A DNA stretch of 45,537 nucleotides, taken from contig NC_068983.1 of NCBI RefSeq assembly GCF_001194135.2, positions 74,372,174-74,417,710 of the forward strand, in the 5' to 3' direction. The notes under the pieces were generated by a model. The model was not told the origin of the DNA. It worked only from the letters and a program-made list of their open reading frames with translations, and made no database searches. Positions 38,374 through 45,537 of this stretch are shown one piece after another; position 1 is the stretch's first letter, and every line of letters begins with the position of its first letter. The position numbers were made by a program, and so were the translations under genes. The DNA comes from Octopus bimaculoides. Taxonomy: Eukaryota.

Positions 38374-39033
38374 GAGTGAGAGAGCAGTGCATGCAGAGTG
38401 ACACTGGGGTAAAATATACGAAGCCCATTATACCCATCATGACTACCCGTCTGATAAGGGTACACCAGGCNNNNNNNNNNNNNNNNNNNNNNNNNNNNNN
38501 NNNNNNNNNNNNNNNNNNNNNNNNNNNNNNNNNNNNNNNNNNNNNNNNNNNNNNNNNNNNNNNNNNNNNNNNNNNNNNNNNNNNNNNNNNNNNNNNNNNN
38601 NNNNNNNNNNNNNNNNNNNNNNNNNNNNNNNNNNNNNNNNNNNNNNNNNNNNNNNNNNNNNNNNNNNNNNNNNNNNNNNNNNNNNNNNNNNNNNNNNNNN
38701 NNNNNNNNNNNNNNNNNNNNNNNNNNNNNNNNNNNNNNNNNNNNNNNNNNNNNNNNNNNNNNNNNNNNNNNNNNNNNNNNNNNNNNNNNNNNNNNNNNNN
38801 NNNNNNNNNNNNNNNNNNNNNNNNNNNNNNNNNNNNNNNNNNNNNNNNNNNNNNNNNNNNNNNNNNNNNNNNNNNNNNNNNNNNNNNNNNNNNNNNNNNN
38901 NNNNNNNNNNNNNNNNNNNNNNNNNNNNNNNNNNNNNNNNNNNNNNNNNNNNNNNNNNNNNNNNNNNNNNNNNNNNNNNNNNNNNNNNNNNNNNNNNNNN
39001 NNNNNNNNNNNNNNNNNNNNNNNNNNNNNNNNN

Positions 39034-39088
<55 letters not shown>

Positions 39089-39089
<1 letters not shown>

Positions 39090-39660
39090 CATTACACGAA
39101 AGTTATTACAATTTTAATTAGCGCATGTTGTCTTGTGGTTTGCTCTTCAAATCTCAAAAGTCTTTCTTAGATTTCTTGTAGAATACCAGGTATAACTTTC
39201 CTGCAGATCCACAATACTTATCTAAATTCCAGTATAGTCCAGCCTCTTATGCAGCAATTTGTACATTGTACCGATTACATCAATTAACACGGAAACAATT
39301 TTCATCTTTTTGTTCCCTGAAATCTTTATCTCTTGAGCTAGGTTCTGGTATTTCTTTCTTTTCTCAGTTTCGTTGATATTCACTCTATCAGAAAACTTGC
39401 AAAGTCAATCTTTTTACGCTGTTTTACTACTGCACAGGAATATCTGGTCCCCTTGCCCCTGCATTATGATACGTCTCTATGGAGAAATCTCATTAAAATC
39501 ATGTAATTATCATTTACCTCCTTAGCCTCTAGTTTGTGCTCATATGACTTCCGCGTTACTAGAAACCCATAAATTTGGCTAACATCCCAATGTACTCTTT
39601 TACCGATAGTCATGCCTACGTTTACACTATTTTTGTATGAGTTTATTGTACTCACTCAAA
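39089..39660 (-). mobile_element. Decayed Dong/R4-like RLE region with (TAA)n tail
   Basis: KRVHWDVSQIYG...YEHKLE...NDNYMIL, LGILQEI*ERLL; abuts (ATT)n at 39034-39088. Confidence 0.7.
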
Positions 39661-39744
39661 ATATGGTTAATACATTCGTCCCCTTTCCCCCATATTTGTT
39701 GCATTACAATGACTGAAAAGACACCTTGCAGCATTCATACTAAC

Positions 39745-40020
39745 GCTTTATATCTTGAGTTTAAAACCTTTCGATGTGAACTTTGCTTTTCATTCCTCCT
39801 GGGTCGATAAAATAAAGTACTTGTTAAGACTAGGGGTAATGTTGTCGACTACCACTCTCAAAATTGCTGGTCTTTCACTTAAATGAAATCCATTATAATC
39901 GTGCTGTGAAATGGCAGAATTGATAGTGTCGGATAACCTGATTGACGATATTTCTTTATGTTCTGTCTTTCATCTTTTCGGGGTGTATAATATAAAATAC
40001 CAGTCATGTAGTAGATTCGG
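39745..40020 (+). mobile_element. Two degenerate SINE central-domain copies
   Basis: ctttgcttttcattcctcctgggtcgataaaataaagtac and gtctttcatcttttcggggtgtataatataaaataccag. Confidence 0.55.
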
Positions 40021-41200
40021 TGACAGCGGCAAATCCTCTTATCTCATGATTTCTCTTCTTGTGACTAAATTAGAAGCTATTGTTATTTAGACTATCAAAA
40101 AAAAAACAAAAAAAAAACAGAATACCTTTTCCTGTTACCGGATTTTAATTTATTTGTGACTCCAATTCTTTTTTTTTGTTGTTTTTTGCTTTTATTTTAC
40201 AGGTAGCTGTTTACAATGAGAGATTTTAAATTTATGATTCCTTCTCACTTTAAGATAGAATAAGTTAGGATGATACACCAAATCGTAAAGAGTTCTAAGC
40301 AGTATAAAGCATTCCCAGAATATTGGTGCTACATCTATTTCTGTTTTATTTTCAACTACGTCTTGATAAAATCGTTTCGGGTTGGAGTCGAATGATTTAT
40401 TTTGTTCAAAGTTTTGTTGTTGCTTCTCACACCAGCAAATTCTTTGTGATTCAGTGCGGGTCTCTTGTTTCAGGCTTTCTTTGGTTTACGAGAATTCTTT
40501 CATAATTATGTAATATTTTTATAGTATTTGTCTCTCCTTTTTGTTCTCAGTTGTCCTTTTCTCTATTGATTTCATTTTGGATTGAAACTTTTCTCTTATA
40601 TTGTCTTTTTCAGTATATTTCTTTTCCATGTTGTATCTTTCACTCTTACTCTTTCATCGTTGAACTTTTATCTTTAGGGGTACATTTGTTGCTCCATAGG
40701 AAGATCTATTGATTTTCATTGTTTAATGATATCCACCTTCATAACATTGCCAATTTTATGATTTCCATCTTTAGAATTATCATTTTTTAAGCTTTCTCAT
40801 AGTCAGCATACTTTTGTTTGTGTTGTTCTTGTTCGATTTTCTTTCATTTTTCTTTAGGTGTTGTGGAATTTGCTTCTCTTCTACTTTGTTATTTACTTTG
40901 TTTTACATGTATTATGTATATCTTAGCAGTTTATGCTTTCAAAGTTTTGTTTTACTTCCCTTGTTTAAGTTTTGCTCGTGTTTTGTGTTTGCGTAATGTC
41001 TTTCTTTTCTACTTCAATTGGTGATATCTTCTTTGTATTTGGAATGCATGATTTTTATTTAGTTAGGATCCAGAGTTACTTTGAAATTAAGGTTATTGTC
41101 TCTCAAAACTTTATGCTAGAATATTGTAGCATTTTCTGCTTTGGGTTAGAAATTGACTGTAAAATATGCATGTGTTATACAACTATATATCTTACATCAG

Positions 41201-41280
41201 TATTTCTGAGTTATTCGCGAACCTTGAAAACTTGAGGAGGAACTTTCTGGTCGTTTATACAGATTGTCACAATTTTCCTC
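41201..41280 (+). CDS. Putative coding exon: (S)ISELFANLENLRRNFLVVYTDCHNFP(L)
   Basis: Acceptor atcttacatcag, donor gtgtat, 80 nt open, phase 2 to 1, amphipathic helix. Confidence 0.35.
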
Positions 41281-41597
41281 GTGTATTGGTCTATATATTT
41301 ATAACAATGCCGAGTTTTGTATATTCATAATGTTTATTACATTTGCGATACATTTATTATATACGGTAAAGATCAATAAAATTCAGATTCAAAGAACACA
41401 GTCCTTTTAATCTTTGGTTAATGACTATTTTTATTTGAATTAATTGTAATTGTTTGTGTGGACGCAACTACATTGTCACGTGTTGGTATGATGCTTACTC
41501 CGTTAGTTCCTTCAGCTGTGGTGTTGATCAACCAGCGTGAATATTTGTAATACAATGAATATATGCGACGAAGATAAGTTGCACTTGTAAACAAATA

Positions 41598-41680
<83 letters not shown>

Positions 41681-41698
41681 TTACTGCTGCTGCTGCTG

Positions 41699-41755
<57 letters not shown>

Positions 41756-41756
41756 T
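41598..41756. repeat. (TAC)n/(TGC)n microsatellite
   Basis: Direct read. Confidence 0.95.
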
Positions 41757-42136
41757 TTTGAGGAATATGTCAAGAATCTGTTTTCTTTTTCAAATGAATA
41801 ATTTACGTATATTTCGGAGGACACACATAGGAATGGAGGTTAACAAGGATGTTCCAAATAACGAAAATGCTCAAGGTTAACACAAATGCTAAAGATTACC
41901 GAGAGCAAATTTCAATGGAAAACATGCGAGACAGTATTTAATGCTTACAAGATTAACTGGGGTTAGAAAAAAGTTCAGAGCATATTTAATACAAAACGTG
42001 CAGCCAAAGAATACAATAACAATGTCCACAGATCCAAATATTGGAACGTGCCTACGTCTATCAGTATAGTTAATATATCAATGTCCTTACATGTTTTAAT
42101 TCAACAGTAAAATTCCTTAGTTTTTTAGTTGACCAG

Positions 42137-42175
42137 TGTACAACATCATAGTCGCTGGCTATTTCTCTATAGACA
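42137..42175 (+). CDS. Putative 39-nt coding exon, open in two frames (YNIIVAGYFSID or VQHHSRWLFLYR)
   Basis: Acceptor ttttttagttgaccag, donor gttagt. Confidence 0.45.
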
Positions 42176-42267
42176 GTTAGTATGCATATGTTATTTCTGA
42201 GTTCGAGTGTGGCGCCAGGTATATCATGACTGATCTGAGGTTCTGGCTGCATACTAACTTTCTATAG

Positions 42268-42469
42268 TGCTTTAGTAGCGTCGTTTCTATGGCTGGACGC
42301 GATTGATGAAGATTTCCAGAAGCTCGATGTCATCTTGGAAGATGCAAAGTCGCTGGTTCGAGACCACCAGCGAAAGAGAGCATTGATGGCATTTGCCGGA
42401 TCTACGCATGATAACGCCTCTGCAACCACTAACTTGAAATTACTCCATGCCCATCAAGCAAGAACATGA
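42268..42469 (+). CDS. Putative terminal coding exon: ALVASFLWLDAIDEDFQKLDVILEDAKSLVRDHQRKRALMAFAGSTHDNASATTNLKLLHAHQART*
   Basis: Perfect branch site TACTAAC at 42252-42258; AGs at 42266-67, 42274-75 and 42277-78; 66 open codons to TGA 42467-42469; GC-richer than flanks; no ATG, so absent from the ORF track. Confidence 0.6.
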
Positions 42470-42558
42470 AACAAGCAAGCAAATATTTCGTAAAAAAGAT
42501 ACAGGTTCGTAAGCCCTAGTGCATTCTTGAAGCAATTAAAATTTGTTATCAAGATATA

Positions 42559-42775
42559 CGAGTTGGGGCTGAAAAGTTCCTGGCTTTAAGGGCATCGCGA
42601 AAGGCTTGATTGGAAGCTCAGCCTTCCCAGTTCTTTTACAGATCTTAAAAAAACTGAAGGACTGCTGCAATAAATGTGTGAATCTGAGATGGTAATATGT
42701 TGAATAACATCATAATTATCTGATCCTCTTGCATATTCTTTTATACAACGCCAGGAACATTTCAGTACATCCTTG
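42559..42775 (+). mobile_element. Mariner-derived MITE
   Basis: TA TSDs (42557-58, 42776-77); TIRs CGAGTTGGGGCTGAAAAGTTCCTGGC vs CAAGGATGTACTGAAATGTTCCTGGC; internal KKL...NKCVNL...YVE* transposase C-terminus. Confidence 0.85.
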
Positions 42776-42779
42776 TATG

Positions 42780-45100
42780 TAAAACAACCTCGCCAGGTTA
42801 TCAACTTTTTTAAAGAATATGTTGTAGGAGCTTGTTGAATTGGGATAGTCTGATACACTGTAATGTATTATCTGAGAGTCTACACAACACATTTGTCATG
42901 TATATCCTAGTGATTGTGTTTATTTCTCACAATTTTTCAATATATCTAGTGGTGACAGCTTATTCTTGTATCCCAAGTGTTGTGTTTCGTGACCCATTCA
43001 GACTGGATTTGCGCATACAGTCCAGAATTATTTTGTATCAGTTTATATATGAAACATTCACTTCTCGGAAACATAAGGCCATGTAAGACATATCTTTATA
43101 ATTGTTTCAACATCTGATTCATGTTACACCAGAATACCTACCTTGCTACTGTTTTAGGATTTGGTTGTTGCTGTTTGATGTCTATGGCGATATTTTGTGA
43201 AAATATTTTTGCTGCGAATGTAAGCAGTTATCTTAATATGTTTCCAATCACAAACACTTACATACGGCAGGTAGCAGATTTTATTTTGAGTTGGAAAGGT
43301 GGTAGGTGACATTATGACTGCTTTTTATAGTGCTCTGAGATGCTCAACAGCTCTAAGCGTGTTATATTATAGGGATTTAGATGACTTGATATATATTATA
43401 TGGTGTTTTTACTAGATTTCCTGTATCATAAGCTACAGAAAATATATCTTTAAATTTTTATTTTTCATTTTCTTGGAGAAGTTTTCACACTCACGTTTTA
43501 CTCTCGTCTATGTACAAGTATATGTAGAGTACAGACCTGTGCAATTCTATATTATCATTCGCTAAGGCTCTAAATTCTTTGTTCAATCGGACTCAATTCT
43601 TGTCAGTTTTATGCATTTTCAAATTACATTTTAATGTTTTTGTTAAACTGCTTCACACTACCAAGGAAAGTCTTCAGCCGAGGATTGTTAACAGCAAACA
43701 ATTTTAGACTATCCATGAAGAGAATATTGTTGATGGGCCTGGCCCTCCCGTCTCTACATGCGGTATTCTAAATGGCTATTTTATTAGGCCAGAATTAATA
43801 TTTTTCGGATTACACACTAGATATTCCAATGAGAGATGGCCTTACTGGCGATGCAAGAATTGCTCAAAGTTATTTGAAAGAAGTTCCCTATGATATCGTA
43901 CTATTGATGTTCATGCCGCATTTCATGTAAGCCCTTGCCAAGACCTAATGGGCCCAAACATATGATATGCTCTTTTCCCATACTGTCCCTTCATTCAAAA
44001 CTATCTTGCTAACATAGAGATAAGCGAGTGCCTTGCACAACTTGGGTGTAGGTGAGTGGCGTAGTGGTTAGGGTGTTGGACTCCTGATCGTAAAACTGTG
44101 GTCCCGATTCCTAGACCGGGCAATGCGTTGTGCTTTTGAGTAAAACATTTCATTTCATGTCATTCAGCTGGCAAAAATGAGTAATCCTGCCATGGACCGG
44201 CGTCCCGTCTAGGTAGGGAACATATACGCCATGAAACCGAAAACCAGCCCTTGTGAGTCGATATGACTCGAGAAGGGAACTTGACCATTATCGTTGCAAA
44301 ACTTGGGTATACACTCTATCTAATCTACATGTATCATATTTTTTGTAAACGTTCAACTATACTGCTGTTTGGTTCTTTAGAGAGCATGTTATGGATTGCT
44401 CATAGATAGTGATTAGGCAGATGACCATATGCTATTTCTTCTCTGGGGGGATCATTGTTTTCTTTCCATTAAGGATCCCTCAAGAAACTTTCTGGATTAT
44501 TTAAGGGGATCTTGAAAATGCTTTTTGATTGGCTGCCATGTTTTGAACGTTTTTATACAAAGAAGCTAAAACAAATCTCAATACAGTTATTGTAATGCAC
44601 GGATATCTTTCTTTTCAATTTCTGTTGTTGCAATGTATGCCTGTAGCTAACTAATTTTTGTTATACTTATTTTGCTTTTCAAAAATCGATTTTGAATGCT
44701 TCTAATGTTTCTTTAGAGGAAGCTGTTTTATCTACTTTTAAGTTATTACTGCGTAATGACTTATAGAACTTTCGCACATTGTTTTTAAATATGTAGTTTT
44801 GAGACATCAACATATATGTAAACCTAAACCATTTTAATCTATTATTTTAAGCGAGTATTTTTGCTTTCAGCATTCAAGTGTTTGCAGTAATGTTTGTTGA
44901 TTTCTTAACACCGCTGTTATATTTAATCATAAAACATTTCTCAATTTTTCTGGAAGGTCTTTCTAATTCTGTTTGTAAAATCGTTCTTGCTTTGCTATGC
45001 AGAGTATCTGTTCAAAGCTTTAATTTACTCTTCCAACTGTCTACTCTAGGTTGACAACTTTTTTCTTTTGTATCGTTAGTCTAGACCTGCATAATTCATA
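42780..45100 (-). mobile_element. Old Dong/R4-like LINE remnant (RT, knuckle, RLE) interrupted by a SINE
   Basis: PINNILFMDSLKLFA at 43692-43738, HMVICLITIYEQSIT (resembles YRPITCLPTIYK), CRMC knuckle remnant; boundaries approximate. Confidence 0.65.
44048..44293 (+). mobile_element. Complete tRNA-derived SINE with TSD
   Basis: TGGCGTAGTGG A box and ggtcccgattcc B-box-like; 15-bp TSD ttgcacaacttgggt (44033-47) / ttgcaaaacttgggt (44294-308). Confidence 0.88.
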
Positions 45101-45395
45101 GTAAATACGAAAGATTATAGGAAATTAATAAACCCAGTATGTCTCGGAATAGAATGGTATGTCAGAATATTGTAATTTATTATGTCACCTTTATGTTTAC
45201 TGGTAGCGCCTCTCAGTTTTGAGTGGCTTTTAAAAAGAGCTTCTCAAAAGTATGCCTAGCAATTATTTCAACATTTTGTATGTATATCAACAGATGTTTG
45301 ATACCTGTAGTAGTAGCGACTCTAATGGTTTCAAAAGAAGTCAGTTTATACCAACGACTTCAGTAGTAAGGACGTCCTTGACTGGAAAATTGATG

Positions 45396-45537
<142 letters not shown>

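Noticed and set aside
2712-39170. Long ORFs containing X runs or YI/CV/HT/poly-I/poly-N repeats
   Set aside because: Artefacts of N gaps and microsatellites.
40170-40290. Strong polypyrimidine/CAG acceptor at ~40202
   Set aside because: All frames hit stops before a usable donor.
42176-42267. Mirtron or C/D snoRNA in the hairpin intron
   Set aside because: Only 10 bp of the stem lie inside the intron, the 63-nt loop is poorly paired, and there is no proper C box.
42268-42370. Spectrin-repeat reading of WLDAIDEDF...LEDAKSLVRDHQ
   Set aside because: W-to-H spacing is roughly compatible, but the frame stops before a third helix. Kept only as an alternative to the cytokine idea.

Overview
AT-rich eukaryotic draft-assembly window with many N gaps and microsatellites. 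The SINE, Penelope and Dong/R4 repeat content resembles octopus or coleoid cephalopod DNA (inference). There is no prokaryotic system, CRISPR array, rRNA or true tRNA gene. Most identifiable sequence is transposon debris: the 5' end of a Hero-like RLE non-LTR retrotransposon, four Dong/R4-like LINE pieces (two ending in (TAA)n), several Penelope-like element (PLE) fragments with decayed hammerhead ribozymes, CR1/L2- and RTE-like fragments, a mariner pseudogene, a mariner MITE, a hAT MITE with a perfect 8-bp TSD, and tRNA-derived SINEs. A chain of small phase-compatible + strand exons (18056 to 42469) is missed by the ORF track. It can be spliced by eye into a ~213-aa peptide with a furin-like site and helix motifs resembling CNTF/CLCF1 (IL-6-family) cytokines. 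This is the most interesting lead, but it is a hypothesis that needs RNA-seq and structure prediction. Most long ORFs in the track are gap or microsatellite artefacts.
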